64,000 nt of DNA from Escherichia phage saus132. Below are positions 15,607 through 25,556 of this stretch, piece after piece; the stretch's first letter is position 1; the number at the start of each line of letters is the position of its first letter. Under the pieces are notes generated by a model. That model did no database searches. It saw only the letters and a list, made by a program, of their open reading frames with translations, and was not told the DNA's origin. The DNA is taken from the sequence record NC_047884.1, one strand, 5' to 3'. The position numbers and the translations under genes are program-made.

Positions 15607-15822
15607 TTACTTGCCCAGTAGTTTAAGGATATTTTCCTTAATAGTTTGAGCAGATTTTTCACTCTTATTGGTTTCAGCCAGTTTCAGAGCGAGTTCTTCC
15701 TGCTGTTTCTGAATATCAGCAGCAGTTTTCTGGTCAGCTTCAATACGAGCTTGAAGTTCATCAGTAATAGTGGTAAAGGAAGCAACGATTTCAGTAACGG
15801 AACGTGGTTTCTTAGAGAACAT
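15607..15822 (-). CDS. hypothetical coiled-coil protein (71 aa)
   Basis: ORF followed by terminator hairpin. Confidence 0.45.
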   Translation of the reverse strand: MFSKKPRSVTEIVASFTTITDELQARIEADQKTAADIQKQQEELALKLAETNKSEKSAQTIKENILKLLGK

Positions 15823-15854
15823 AAAAATATCCTTAATTAGTCAGAGAAAGAGTT

Positions 15855-15878
15855 AATATATGGGGCTTTCGCCCCATC
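15855..15878 (-). terminator. terminator-like hairpin
   Basis: Hairpin GGGGC-TTTC-GCCCC; weak U tract. Confidence 0.4.
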
Positions 15879-15883
15879 AATCA

Positions 15884-16399
15884 TTACTTCGCTTTACGCT
15901 TACGAGCAGGTTTAGCGGATTTACGATCAGAAGCACCAGTAAACTTAATACCGATACCATAGCACAGAGCGCGAACGTTGTCACGGCTGTACTCTACACC
16001 GAAGATATTCGGTTTAACGGAGCCAAACTGTCCACGCGATTCACGCATTACGTCAGCCATTGGCTTACGCTTCTGATTGACTGCTTTTTCGTAGTCTTTC
16101 AGAGCCATACCGTTGCGGGCGAACATTTCAGCACCGCCGTTAAAGCTCAGAGTTACCGGTACAGACTTATGACCTTCACCCTTGATGAACACAACCTGCT
16201 TAGCAGTTGCGCGAGTAGAGTTCTTGGCCTTCGGCTTCTGGCGAACCGGAGCCGGAGACTTCAGGGCAGTCTGAGCCTGAGCATCAGTAGGATGCTTACG
16301 CAGATGACGTTCCAGACGAGCCTTACGATTGGCTTCGGTCTGAGCGAAAGTTTTAACTGCCGGAGCTGCCTGAGTTTTTGCGTTTTTCTGCTTAGCCAT
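15884..16399 (-). CDS. highly basic protein (171 aa), possible nucleic-acid binding
   Basis: Lys/Arg/Ala-rich N- and C-termini; promoter cassette upstream. Confidence 0.5.
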   Translation of the reverse strand: MAKQKNAKTQAAPAVKTFAQTEANRKARLERHLRKHPTDAQAQTALKSPAPVRQKPKAKNSTRATAKQVVFIKGEGHKSVPVTLSFNGGAEMFARNGMALKDYEKAVNQKRKPMADVMRESRGQFGSVKPNIFGVEYSRDNVRALCYGIGIKFTGASDRKSAKPARKRKAK

Positions 16400-16437
16400 T
16401 ATTTGTTTTCCTTTTTGTTGATCAATTTATGAGATAT

Positions 16438-16466
16438 ATTATACGAAATTTTGAAGCGTTTAGCAA
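16438..16466 (-). promoter_or_regulatory. early promoter cassette
   Basis: Minus strand -35 TTGCTA, 17 bp, -10 TATAAT. Confidence 0.6.
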
Positions 16467-16482
16467 ATGAATTTTTTAAAAA

Positions 16483-16761
16483 TTATCTGCCAATCATCTT
16501 AGCTTGTTCCTCACTGGAAACGTACTGATAACCACCCTTGTTATACGCAGGAGCAGTACACAGTTTCTTGCGCTCAATTTCTTCTTGAGCTTTGCGTTCC
16601 CTTTCGGCTAATTCTTCGTCTAGGTAAACTAGACGTTGCTCCGGAGGTGGTGGAAGCCTAGTTTCTGGCTCACCAATATTTGCCTTTCTGATCTGACGCG
16701 GAGGTTGTGCGCGTTTTCTCAAAGGTTTAAATCCTAATGAATTTGAGTTGTAAATTCGCAT
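16483..16761 (-). CDS. hypothetical protein (92 aa)
   Basis: ORF downstream of promoter cassette. Confidence 0.45.
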   Translation of the reverse strand: MRIYNSNSLGFKPLRKRAQPPRQIRKANIGEPETRLPPPPEQRLVYLDEELAERERKAQEEIERKKLCTAPAYNKGGYQYVSSEEQAKMIGR

Positions 16762-16788
16762 AAAGCCCTCCTCACTTTCAATACGAAT

Positions 16789-16817
16789 ATTATACTAAAT
16801 TCGAGGGCTTTAAGCAA
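16789..16817 (-). promoter_or_regulatory. early promoter cassette
   Basis: Minus strand -35 TTGCTT, 17 bp, -10 TATAAT. Confidence 0.6.
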
Positions 16818-16837
16818 GTGAATTTTTAATTTATTTA

Positions 16838-17326
16838 TTACATCTCAGCAAGTTCTTGCTCAGTAATTACAGTATTGCATAGAGCATCAACTTCTTCGTT
16901 ACCACGAATACCTGAGTGACCTTTAACCTTAACAAAGGTTGGGTTAGTATCATGGAAATTAATATACTGTTGAGTTAGTTTAAACGCTTCTTGCCAGAGT
17001 TCTAGATTAAGAGGAGTTTCACCATCTCCTTTCTTCCATCCTTTCTTCTGCCAAGACCACATCCAGCTTTCCATACCATTTTTGCAGTAAGCAGAATCAG
17101 TGTATATAATTACTGGACGATTATCTTTCTTAGTAGACCAACGAAGAACTTCAACAATTGCAGTGAGTTCCATTTCATTGTTAGTAGTTTTAGGACTGAA
17201 GCCAGATTTAGAGCCAATACGATCATCATTATCATTATAGACAACGAATCCCCACGCACCTAAACCAGGATTGCCTTTACATGCACCATCTGTATATATG
17301 TGGAAAACCGACATTATTTGCTCCAA
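16838..17326 (-). CDS. rnhA: ribonuclease H
   Basis: YTDGAC, EMEL, YTDSAY and GHSGxxGNEEVDALC motifs of RNase HI. Confidence 0.85.
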   Translation of the reverse strand: MEQIMSVFHIYTDGACKGNPGLGAWGFVVYNDNDDRIGSKSGFSPKTTNNEMELTAIVEVLRWSTKKDNRPVIIYTDSAYCKNGMESWMWSWQKKGWKKGDGETPLNLELWQEAFKLTQQYINFHDTNPTFVKVKGHSGIRGNEEVDALCNTVITEQELAEM

Positions 17327-17583
17327 TCAATTTCAAGCCAAAAACCTTCACGCTGTTCATACTTAGCTTCCACAACATAACCTAGTTTGCTAAGTTTTTG
17401 CATAACGCTATTTCTAGCGTTTTCTGAGTATTCAGTCAATCCCTGGATGTGACAGTTAAATTCTTTATCTTTGATAGCTTTGTCAATCTCTACGGCAATA
17501 AGTGATTCTAAATCAAGTACTTCCTTTTTAATACTAGCAATAGTATTTTGTTTTGCTTCTAAAGCAGATAAAAGAATAGACAT
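17314..17583 (-). CDS. hypothetical protein (89 aa)
   Basis: ORF. Confidence 0.45.
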   Translation of the reverse strand: MSILLSALEAKQNTIASIKKEVLDLESLIAVEIDKAIKDKEFNCHIQGLTEYSENARNSVMQKLSKLGYVVEAKYEQREGFWLEIDWSK

Positions 17584-17585
17584 AT

Positions 17586-18164
17586 TTATTCTCCAATTAC
17601 TAAAACATCATGTTGAGAAGATACACCACACATATAATCTGCACAATGCGTAAAAGCCAGATCAATGATTTCAAATATATCATCTACATCTAAATCTGTG
17701 GCTCGACAATCCGCAATAGCTAAACCTGTACGAATACTGGAAAGTACATCTTCTCCTCCACAGCCTACACCGGCATATTCAACTTCTAGGATAGAAGCAT
17801 TAGATTGGAAAATAAAGATTCTTCCTTTGTAGAGCATAATAAATTGTCCCAGATTAGGTTCAGCATATTTTTCATTTTTCTTTTCGCCAAAATCTTTCTG
17901 GTTAAACATATCACGTAATTTAGGTACTATTTCCGTATATAAATATTTATCATCGGAAATATCTGCTAAACGTGGTGGTATAGTAAAGCTATGCTCTAGT
18001 AATTGTCCCATGTAGAAGGAACTAGTGTATCCGAAGTACAAATCATCGGAGATTTTGAATACTTTCGGATTTTTAACCAGCAGTTTCGTATAGCCATTAG
18101 AACCCATACGATCACCAGCTAAGTATACTTTATCTTTATATTTAAATGCTACTATGGCTGTCAT
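17586..18164 (-). CDS. Ntn-hydrolase, HslV/proteasome-beta-like protein (192 aa)
   Basis: N-terminal MTAIVAF (Thr2 nucleophile position), VYLAGD and AGVGCGG motifs resemble HslV. Confidence 0.4.
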   Translation of the reverse strand: MTAIVAFKYKDKVYLAGDRMGSNGYTKLLVKNPKVFKISDDLYFGYTSSFYMGQLLEHSFTIPPRLADISDDKYLYTEIVPKLRDMFNQKDFGEKKNEKYAEPNLGQFIMLYKGRIFIFQSNASILEVEYAGVGCGGEDVLSSIRTGLAIADCRATDLDVDDIFEIIDLAFTHCADYMCGVSSQHDVLVIGE

Positions 18165-18194
18165 TATTAAATCCTTCTGTCAAATTAGAAGTAT

Positions 18195-18223
18195 ATTATA
18201 TTTGAATTTCACTAAGTAAGCAA
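18195..18223 (-). promoter_or_regulatory. early promoter cassette
   Basis: Minus strand -35 TTGCTT, 17 bp, -10 TATAAT. Confidence 0.6.
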
Positions 18224-18262
18224 ATGAAATTTAAATATAATAGCCCCGAAGGGCTATTTGAA

Positions 18263-18616
18263 TTAGATTATAATCAAGATTATTAGGGCGTATGTCAGAT
18301 AATGCAGTAACTGATCAAATCCTAAAGCTATCCAAAACTTAGCATCGCTTATAGCATATTTACAGCGTTGTGCTTTCCAATAATCTATAATAAAGTGTAG
18401 AATTAATTCCATAATAGCTAAAGCTATAGACATTCCTGGTGATGTGAATAGGATTAGAATTGCAAATGTTAACCCAGCATGTACTAGCGAATGGGTTAAT
18501 AATGGAAGTTTCCACCCTATTTTATGCGTCTTTCTTAGCATATATGGTGTTTGGAGTGGATAATCGGCCATAAAATGTTTTAGAAAGAATATGACAAATA
18601 ATAGTATAATTAACAT
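18263..18616 (-). CDS. small integral membrane protein (117 aa)
   Basis: Several hydrophobic helices. Confidence 0.5.
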   Translation of the reverse strand: MLIILLFVIFFLKHFMADYPLQTPYMLRKTHKIGWKLPLLTHSLVHAGLTFAILILFTSPGMSIALAIMELILHFIIDYWKAQRCKYAISDAKFWIALGFDQLLHYLTYALIILIII

Positions 18617-18619
18617 ATG

Positions 18620-19474
18620 TTACACCGTAAATGGATATGCAATAGCAGGATGGTGTTCATAGCCATGAACAGTAAAATCATCCTTACTTACCCACGTTAA
18701 TACATCATCCAAAGTTCTAATATTTGGATTGATTTCTAAAGTAGGAGGTGCAAAAGGTTCACGATCGAATTGCTTGTGCTCCATCAGAACATTATACTGA
18801 TCTTCATAGATATGAAGATTGATAATCTTTTGACGAGCAATACCTGGCTTAAGACCTGTAATCTGTGCCATAATAGCTAGAAGTGCATAGCATTGTACCA
18901 TATTAAATACTTGGCCCAGCAAGAAATCATTAGACCTCTGGAAAGAGTTTAGGTATAGTGTATCACCTAAAATAGAGAATTGATGGGTATGCATACACGG
19001 ACGTAGGCATCCTTTACGAAATTCCCCAGGGTTCCAAAAAGTTAAAATTTCTCCACGATCGTCAATCCCTCTTTTCAAATTATGATAGACTTTGGCTAAC
19101 TGATCAAATACCATACCATCAGAATTAGTCCAATGACGTCCTTGAACACCATAGACTCGTCCCATATCATCCTCGCCTTTACGGAATGGATTACCTAGCC
19201 AGGCAATATTTTCATTTGCATTAGCATTCCATGTATTAACACCAATAGCGCGGAATTGTGCTGCTGAGTCGTACCCACGGAGATATCCGATCATTTCCAT
19301 TATTGCTTGTTTAGCAAATGCTTTACGAGTAGTTACTAGCGGCAGTTCTCCTGCTCCTACGTTAAAGGTAAAGTCTGCATCAATAATGGTTAGGCAACGA
19401 ACCCCTGTTCTAGGATTCGTTACCCATACACCCTCTTCAATAATACGTTTTCCAGTTTCAATATATTGGCGCAT
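18620..19474 (-). CDS. thyA: thymidylate synthase
   Basis: [12 protein letters not shown] and PCMHTHQF motifs resembling ThyA signatures; overlaps DHFR stop (ATGA). Confidence 0.75.
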   Translation of the reverse strand: MRQYIETGKRIIEEGVWVTNPRTGVRCLTIIDADFTFNVGAGELPLVTTRKAFAKQAIMEMIGYLRGYDSAAQFRAIGVNTWNANANENIAWLGNPFRKGEDDMGRVYGVQGRHWTNSDGMVFDQLAKVYHNLKRGIDDRGEILTFWNPGEFRKGCLRPCMHTHQFSILGDTLYLNSFQRSNDFLLGQVFNMVQCYALLAIMAQITGLKPGIARQKIINLHIYEDQYNVLMEHKQFDREPFAPPTLEINPNIRTLDDVLTWVSKDDFTVHGYEHHPAIAYPFTV

Positions 19475-20001
19475 TAATAAGTCACCAGTTCTTGTACAAA
19501 AGATAAACTTTTGTCTGCATTATGCCCTACTGCATAGTCCATCCTAGTTGCTGTTGAATTAGTCATAGTAATATGATGGTGAAGATGTACATCAGCAGAT
19601 AATGGTGTAACTGAATTAATAGTAGATACATACGCCATATCTAGATGATTATTGACGTACATTTCAAGAAGCAGAGTTGCTCCTCCTAATACTACAGTTA
19701 CTTCTTCCTTGAGGAAATCAGGCAGACTGTACCCAATATTACTTATGCGTGTGGCTGATCCTACAGAGTTCGGTAGTGGTCTATTTGCATAAATAAATAG
19801 GTCAGAATCCCCTAGTATTCTTTTTTGCAGAGTCTCAGGGAATGCTAACCAAGTTCCTGCTCCTACAATAATATTGTCAGGTGCTAGAGAATCCAAAGTA
19901 GCATAGAAGATATCTAGTTCTTCTTTGAAAGAACCCCAAGGGAGTTTACCATTGAGGCCGAACTCCCCATTCGGCCCAGTTGCATAGATTGCTGCTATCA
20001 T
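19474..20001 (-). CDS. dihydrofolate reductase
   Basis: N-terminal [22 protein letters not shown] typical of DHFR; operon context with thyA and nrdB. Confidence 0.7.
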   Translation of the reverse strand: MIAAIYATGPNGEFGLNGKLPWGSFKEELDIFYATLDSLAPDNIIVGAGTWLAFPETLQKRILGDSDLFIYANRPLPNSVGSATRISNIGYSLPDFLKEEVTVVLGGATLLLEMYVNNHLDMAYVSTINSVTPLSADVHLHHHITMTNSTATRMDYAVGHNADKSLSFVQELVTY

Positions 20002-21146
20002 TAGAACATACCCTCAAATTCGTTGCCAAGATCTTTCAGAGTATCCATAGATGTTTCTGTGACTTGACCTACACGATATGCTGCGCCAATCTGAATCTCT
20101 TGCGGAGCAGGTTGTAAAGATGTAGTATCCAACCAGTTCATGATCCACGGAATAGGGTTCTTAGTAATTACAGGTAAGTGGCTTGGCCATTCTACACCAA
20201 TGTGCATAAATGCGTTACGTCCTACAAAGTAAAGGTATTCTTCAAGCAGTTCTGCGTTCAAACCAATCAGACTACGGCCTTTAAAGATAAAGTGACCCCA
20301 TTCAATCTCAGTTTTCAGAGTTTTTAGGAGTTGTGTTGGTGCTTTAGCTAATGCTTCATCTACCAGATCTTTATCAAATTGCTGAAACATAATCTGGATG
20401 ATAGCTTTAGACATTTGAGTATGTAGAGCTTCATCTTTAGCGATTAATTGCAGGTTCTTAGCAATACCTTGCAGAATATCGTTCTCTGCTAGAGCAAAGG
20501 TACATGCAAAGGATGCGTAGAACTGCATTGCTTCCAGACCGTAGATTGCAAAGTAAGCATCTAACAGCTTAGCCTGAGTTTCACGTTTAACTTCAGGGAA
20601 CTCAGTTTCTGGATAAGTATTATCACCACGATGATCACGTACTGCAAGGAAATACTGACCTAACAGATACAATTCATCAAACAGTTCAACAGAATCTGCG
20701 ATACGTGCAAATGCTTCTTGGTTTTTAGTTACAGAATCAATAAATTCTGCTGGATCAGTCAGAACGTTACGAATAATATTACTATACGCACGGCTGTGCA
20801 GATCTTCGAAGTAGCTCCACTGCTTGAGCATACCCTCCAATTCAGGACGGCTTACAAGCGGCATAATAGCTGCTTCAGGAGCACGGCTAATGAAAGAATC
20901 TGTTTGGGTCTGCCATGCTAAGTTCAGGAGAGTAATTTCCTGAATATCACGCGGAAGGTTTGGCCATTGTTTCTTATCGGCTTCCAGACTGATTTCAGTT
21001 TCAGTCCAAAATTGAGAACGTTGCAGAAGTGCTAGACGCTCAAGTTCAGGATGTGCTACACGAACGTAATCTGCGATACCAAGAGAATCGCCCAGGAAAA
21101 GGTCAGCGTTAGTATGATCCCAATTCAGGTTTAGTAAAGTAGTCAT
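20001..21146 (-). CDS. nrdB: ribonucleotide reductase class I small (beta) subunit
   Basis: Size and ferritin-like helical composition; adjacent to nrdA. Confidence 0.8.
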   Translation of the reverse strand: MTTLLNLNWDHTNADLFLGDSLGIADYVRVAHPELERLALLQRSQFWTETEISLEADKKQWPNLPRDIQEITLLNLAWQTQTDSFISRAPEAAIMPLVSRPELEGMLKQWSYFEDLHSRAYSNIIRNVLTDPAEFIDSVTKNQEAFARIADSVELFDELYLLGQYFLAVRDHRGDNTYPETEFPEVKRETQAKLLDAYFAIYGLEAMQFYASFACTFALAENDILQGIAKNLQLIAKDEALHTQMSKAIIQIMFQQFDKDLVDEALAKAPTQLLKTLKTEIEWGHFIFKGRSLIGLNAELLEEYLYFVGRNAFMHIGVEWPSHLPVITKNPIPWIMNWLDTTSLQPAPQEIQIGAAYRVGQVTETSMDTLKDLGNEFEGMF

Positions 21147-21177
21147 TGATTTTCCTCTTTCTCACTATTTCAGGAAT

Positions 21178-21206
21178 ATTATAGCAAATCTGGTAGCGAT
21201 TAGCAA
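21178..21206 (-). promoter_or_regulatory. promoter for nrdB-DHFR-thyA operon
   Basis: Minus strand -35 TTGCTA, 17 bp, -10 TATAAT. Confidence 0.6.
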
Positions 21207-21212
21207 GTAAAA

Positions 21213-21695
21213 TTATAAACTATCAAGCTCCAATAGTTTAGCATCGCGCCATTCTATAGCATCCTCTAATTCTTTAAATGTTTTAGTATGTTTTACACCT
21301 TTCCTAGCTATTTGGACTTGATAAGATCCACTTGCTTTTTGGTGTATATTTTTAATACCTAACTTATTGTCCTTATGTGCTCCAACGTTCTTTCCATTAC
21401 TAAATCTGTTAGAGGCTAGTAAATTAATTGCTCTATTATCATGACGTATTCTATTATCATGATCTACTTCTTTTGGGATGTACCCATGCGTAATATAGAA
21501 TGCTAGGATATGTGCGTAGTATTTTGTACCTCTTACCTGCATTACTATGTATCCTGAGCATTTTTCCAAAGAGCCTGCCTCTTTGCCTGCAAACTTAGTA
21601 TTAAATGATTTATCTTCTCTAGGTTTGTGGGTAAAGATTCCGGTTTCTGGATTATAGTCAAATAACTCAGCTATTTCTTTGTATTTTTCTTCCAT
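21213..21695 (-). CDS. HNH homing endonuclease
   Basis: HNH core DHDNRIRHDNRAINLLASN; lies between nrdA and nrdB. Confidence 0.7.
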   Translation of the reverse strand: MEEKYKEIAELFDYNPETGIFTHKPREDKSFNTKFAGKEAGSLEKCSGYIVMQVRGTKYYAHILAFYITHGYIPKEVDHDNRIRHDNRAINLLASNRFSNGKNVGAHKDNKLGIKNIHQKASGSYQVQIARKGVKHTKTFKELEDAIEWRDAKLLELDSL

Positions 21696-21723
21696 AATCT
21701 AAAATTACAGCCATTATAGGCCT

Positions 21724-21747
21724 AATAAAGGGGCTTTCGCCCCTTAT
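21724..21747 (-). terminator. terminator after nrdA
   Basis: Hairpin AAGGGGC-TTTC-GCCCCTT then U-run on minus strand. Confidence 0.55.
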
Positions 21748-21750
21748 TTA

Positions 21751-24144
21751 TTATAATTGACAACCACCAGATGCGCATCCAGCAGCAGCTTCCTCTCCTG
21801 CACCTCCACCATTTTCAGTGTTGAAGTTTGCATAATAAAAGGTTTTCCAACCGTACTTAACAGCAGTCATAAAGTCACGAACTACTACTGGGCCGGGAAT
21901 GATTTCATTCTCGAACTTGGTGTAGTCATAGTACATATTCGTACTGATAGACTGGCTGAAGAATTTCTGCATGGTTGCTACCCATTTGATCCACTCGATA
22001 CGATCTACATCATAAGCCAGTTTATAGCTCATTAATGTATCCCAATCAGTTGCACCTGGAGCAATTGCAATTACTTTATTCACTGCACTACCCTTGATAG
22101 ATACGATCTTACGGGGCGGTTCGATAGAGTTAGTAACACCTAGCAGTACAGAGGAACTTTCACCTGGCATCTGAGCAGTCAGAACAGAGTTGCGCATACC
22201 ATATTTCAGAATATCTGCACGCAGAGATTCCCAATCCATTTCTAGACCTACAGTTACCAGTTCATCAACAGTTTTCTTGTACGTGTCGATTACCAGAGTT
22301 CCTTGCGAAGGCTTAGTACGATTAAACCAGTCACATGCACCTTGTTCTTTAGCCAGACGTACAGAGGCTTTATGTAGGAAGTAGGACAGCTTTTCAGCTT
22401 CACGGTGAATCCAGTTACGTGCTTCAACACCTTCGTAAGCCAAACCTTCTGCTGCCATTGCACCTGCTGCGTTCATCAGACCAATACCAACGTTACGACG
22501 TTTCTTAGCCGTGTATTCCATAGTTGGGAATGGATAATCCTGAATCTCGATGATTGTATCAACGAATTTCAGAAGGATGTAGCAAGTTTTCTCCCATTCA
22601 GCCAGAGATTCCATGCGGCCTAGTACAACACCACCTAAGTTACACAGAGATACTTCACCAATATCTTCTGGACGCATATCGTCTAACTGATCTTGGGTTT
22701 TATACAGTTCCGTAACGTGATGGAATGGACGGGTTGGCTGAGTAATTTCAACACAAAGGTTGGTCATACGAATCGGGTCAAGGAAGTTACCATGACGGTT
22801 AGATTCACCAATGTGATGAGCATACATACGCCCTGTTTCCATACGGATACGTAACCAAGTATCTAGGATTTCTTTTGCAGAGATTCTAGGAGCTGCTGGA
22901 ATTGTTTTTCCTTCGTGGTCGATCTTTGTAAGAGATGCCACACGTTTCTCCGCTGCCACGTAGATTTCTTCAAACTTAGCCTCATCTTCACCATAAAACG
23001 CTTCATGAACTTCTGGTGCGTAGAAGTAGGACATTAGCGTAATATCTTCGTTTTTCAGGTAACGTTTTAACAGAAGGTTGTTAAAGCTCAGAGAATAATC
23101 CATCTTATCGATTTTATTCTCGTCTGTAGCACGTTGCTGCTTAACCTGCATCAACTGAATGATTTCAGGATCGAAGTATGGATAAGACACAGTAGCAGAA
23201 CCGCCACGGGTTTGCTGAGTGTTAGCTTTTACTGAACGGTCAATGTGTCGATAATATGGCAGTTTTCCGGAATGCGGGAATGCCCCATTTCGCACCGGAT
23301 CAGCAATTGATCGGCTTTCAAGATGATACCCGATTCCCGCTCTGGCTGCGACCATTTTGAAGACGATATGCTCGGCTGTGTCGATTGAATCCAGCGTGTC
23401 AGTGGAATCCACGAGGCAACAACTAGCAAATCCACGGTCACTAGAGCGCAGGCCAACCAGTGGCGGCGTAGGAACGTTGATTTTGTGGAGCGACATTGCA
23501 TTGTAGAGGTCGATTGCATCTAGAATTGTCCAGTTAGGTTGAGATAACATCGCCATTGCCATACCCATGTAGGCAAACTGCGGGGTTTCATAAATTTCAC
23601 CAGTTGCAATATTACGACGAGAATACTTGTCGAAGAACTGTTTCAGTCCACCACTGGTGAATAAACGATCGCGATCATGATCAATAACTTGGTTCAGAGC
23701 GTCAAACTGATCATCGCTAATCCATGCACTCATGTCTTCCCAAGCGCCAACACGAACCATATGATCGTGGAAGAAACGCAGAGAAGGTGGTTCGAAGGAA
23801 TCATATAGGCGTTTACGCATCTGCGCAAGACGTAATTCCTTTGCTGGCACATCGTATGCTGGGTTATCTTTGATAAGACCTTCAGCGGCTTTAATTAACG
23901 CATCCATTAGGGTATCGGAATCTACAACACCTTTAGGTAGAGTTTTTTGAGCAGACATAGTGATGGCTGACCAGCTCACATCAACTGTTTTGCAGCCATA
24001 TACTGCCCAACCATTGAGTTTTTCAGGAGCAAAGTCTTCTACAGTACCGTCACGTTTAATTACTTTTGTAATTCTAAAGTCCATTGCGGTTTCCTTTTTA
24101 TAGTTCTCAGGATTTAGATAGTATTCTACTTTGTTTTGAGTCAT
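21751..24144 (-). CDS. nrdA: ribonucleotide reductase class I large (alpha) subunit
   Basis: 797 aa; NLCVEITQP active-site motif; C-terminal Cys pair. Confidence 0.85.
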   Translation of the reverse strand: MTQNKVEYYLNPENYKKETAMDFRITKVIKRDGTVEDFAPEKLNGWAVYGCKTVDVSWSAITMSAQKTLPKGVVDSDTLMDALIKAAEGLIKDNPAYDVPAKELRLAQMRKRLYDSFEPPSLRFFHDHMVRVGAWEDMSAWISDDQFDALNQVIDHDRDRLFTSGGLKQFFDKYSRRNIATGEIYETPQFAYMGMAMAMLSQPNWTILDAIDLYNAMSLHKINVPTPPLVGLRSSDRGFASCCLVDSTDTLDSIDTAEHIVFKMVAARAGIGYHLESRSIADPVRNGAFPHSGKLPYYRHIDRSVKANTQQTRGGSATVSYPYFDPEIIQLMQVKQQRATDENKIDKMDYSLSFNNLLLKRYLKNEDITLMSYFYAPEVHEAFYGEDEAKFEEIYVAAEKRVASLTKIDHEGKTIPAAPRISAKEILDTWLRIRMETGRMYAHHIGESNRHGNFLDPIRMTNLCVEITQPTRPFHHVTELYKTQDQLDDMRPEDIGEVSLCNLGGVVLGRMESLAEWEKTCYILLKFVDTIIEIQDYPFPTMEYTAKKRRNVGIGLMNAAGAMAAEGLAYEGVEARNWIHREAEKLSYFLHKASVRLAKEQGACDWFNRTKPSQGTLVIDTYKKTVDELVTVGLEMDWESLRADILKYGMRNSVLTAQMPGESSSVLLGVTNSIEPPRKIVSIKGSAVNKVIAIAPGATDWDTLMSYKLAYDVDRIEWIKWVATMQKFFSQSISTNMYYDYTKFENEIIPGPVVVRDFMTAVKYGWKTFYYANFNTENGGGAGEEAAAGCASGGCQL

Positions 24145-24207
24145 TATGCAAGTACAATTTTTCAGATAAAAAGAGCCCGGATATTTTCATACCCAGGCTC
24201 GTCTGTC

Positions 24208-24450
24208 TTACCATTTAAGTTTATCGGCTTGATCAAGTAACTGCTGTTGTATTTCTCGGTTAAAGAGAATATCTACAGAAGTACTTAGTTCATTATAGTT
24301 GAAAGGCCGATTTGGATTAGAGGCTACAATTTTCCACGCTAGGGTAGTCTTAGGACTTTCTTCTCCTTCCTTACGTGTAATCATATTAGCAGCACTCAAT
24401 GAAGTACGGTGGATCTTAGTTTTGCGGTGCAGATGTACGACGTTTCCCAT
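24208..24450 (-). CDS. hypothetical protein (80 aa)
   Basis: ORF between nrdA and phoH. Confidence 0.4.
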   Translation of the reverse strand: MGNVVHLHRKTKIHRTSLSAANMITRKEGEESPKTTLAWKIVASNPNRPFNYNELSTSVDILFNREIQQQLLDQADKLKW

Positions 24451-24451
24451 A

Positions 24452-25213
24452 TTACACCTTCCCCATATCCTTAAAGATATCGTAGAATGCTTTAGACTCT
24501 GGTGAGCGAACGTTGTCGATCAGTTCGATCATAGAGAAAGGAGAGTTTTCGTACTTCTCATAGACTTCCATAAGAAGTGCTAGACCTGAATCACCCTTGA
24601 TGTCTTTCTGAGCTATATCTCCACAGATAATTAGACGACAATCTTGTCCGACACGAGTCAAGAGACAGATCATTGCTTCAACGGAGATATTCTGAGCTTC
24701 ATCGACAATTACATAGGAGTTGTTGAAAGTTCGGCCACGGGCATGTTCGATAGCCAGGAATTTGATTTTCTGACGTTCGACATATCCTTTGTAGGCGTGA
24801 TCACCGATTGCCCATTTCATGCCATCGGCTATTGGTTCCAACCAAGGCTCTAGCTTTTCTGCTAGATCACCTGGGAGCATACCAAGAGATTTACCTAGAG
24901 GTTCGTTCGGACGCACGAGGATCACTTGCTCAATATCTGAGTGAATGTCTACGAGTTCCTGAGCTGCAAGAACGGACGGAATAAAGGTTTTACCAGTACC
25001 TGGTTCACCGATACCCACAGTCACTGTGTTGTTCTTGATCATATTGATATATGATTTTTGCTCACGGTTTTTACCAACTAGGGATTTAGCAACTGGATTG
25101 GCGTAATCACCAGAGAAATCTGCTTGAATTACGTTACTCTCATACTTGTTGCCACGCTTTCTTGAACCATTGCGGTTCTCTCTTTTTTGACGTGCTTTTC
25201 CCATAAATAACAC
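24452..25213 (-). CDS. phoH: PhoH-like ATPase
   Basis: Walker A GEPGTGKTF and Walker B VIVDEAQN. Confidence 0.85.
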   Translation of the reverse strand: MLFMGKARQKRENRNGSRKRGNKYESNVIQADFSGDYANPVAKSLVGKNREQKSYINMIKNNTVTVGIGEPGTGKTFIPSVLAAQELVDIHSDIEQVILVRPNEPLGKSLGMLPGDLAEKLEPWLEPIADGMKWAIGDHAYKGYVERQKIKFLAIEHARGRTFNNSYVIVDEAQNISVEAMICLLTRVGQDCRLIICGDIAQKDIKGDSGLALLMEVYEKYENSPFSMIELIDNVRSPESKAFYDIFKDMGKV

Positions 25214-25277
25214 TCCTATAGTGTACTTCGCTAACAGAGGATCAACAAAAAGATCTTGTTTATCAACTTACAAATAT

Positions 25278-25306
25278 ATTATACCAATATATGCGGGAGA
25301 AAGCAA
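25278..25306 (-). promoter_or_regulatory. promoter for phoH-nrdA block in divergent intergenic region
   Basis: Minus strand -35 TTGCTT, 17 bp, -10 TATAAT. Confidence 0.6.
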
Positions 25307-25498
25307 CTACAATTTTAAATAAGCCTATGATATTGCATTTAAATAAAAAATTTGCTTGCTTTTATTGGGAGATGTATGGTACTAGATAATCATTTTATAT
25401 CGCGTACACGGGCGCGTGATTATACTATTTTTAATAGAGGTTGGCAAATAAAATTTTTTGACTCAGATCATGTTACAGAACTTTATAGTAAAATATTG

Positions 25499-25527
25499 TT
25501 GACATCCGCCTTCGAATGAGTTATAAT
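25499..25527 (+). promoter_or_regulatory. promoter for nrdD
   Basis: -35 TTGACA, 17 bp, -10 TATAAT, SD GAAGGAGGG. Confidence 0.65.
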
Positions 25528-25556
25528 AGTAGTCTTAGTTAGAGAAGGAGGGTATA

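Noticed and set aside
21757-23519. Short ORFs antisense to or out of frame within nrdA
   Set aside because: Embedded in a long conserved coding gene; no start signals.
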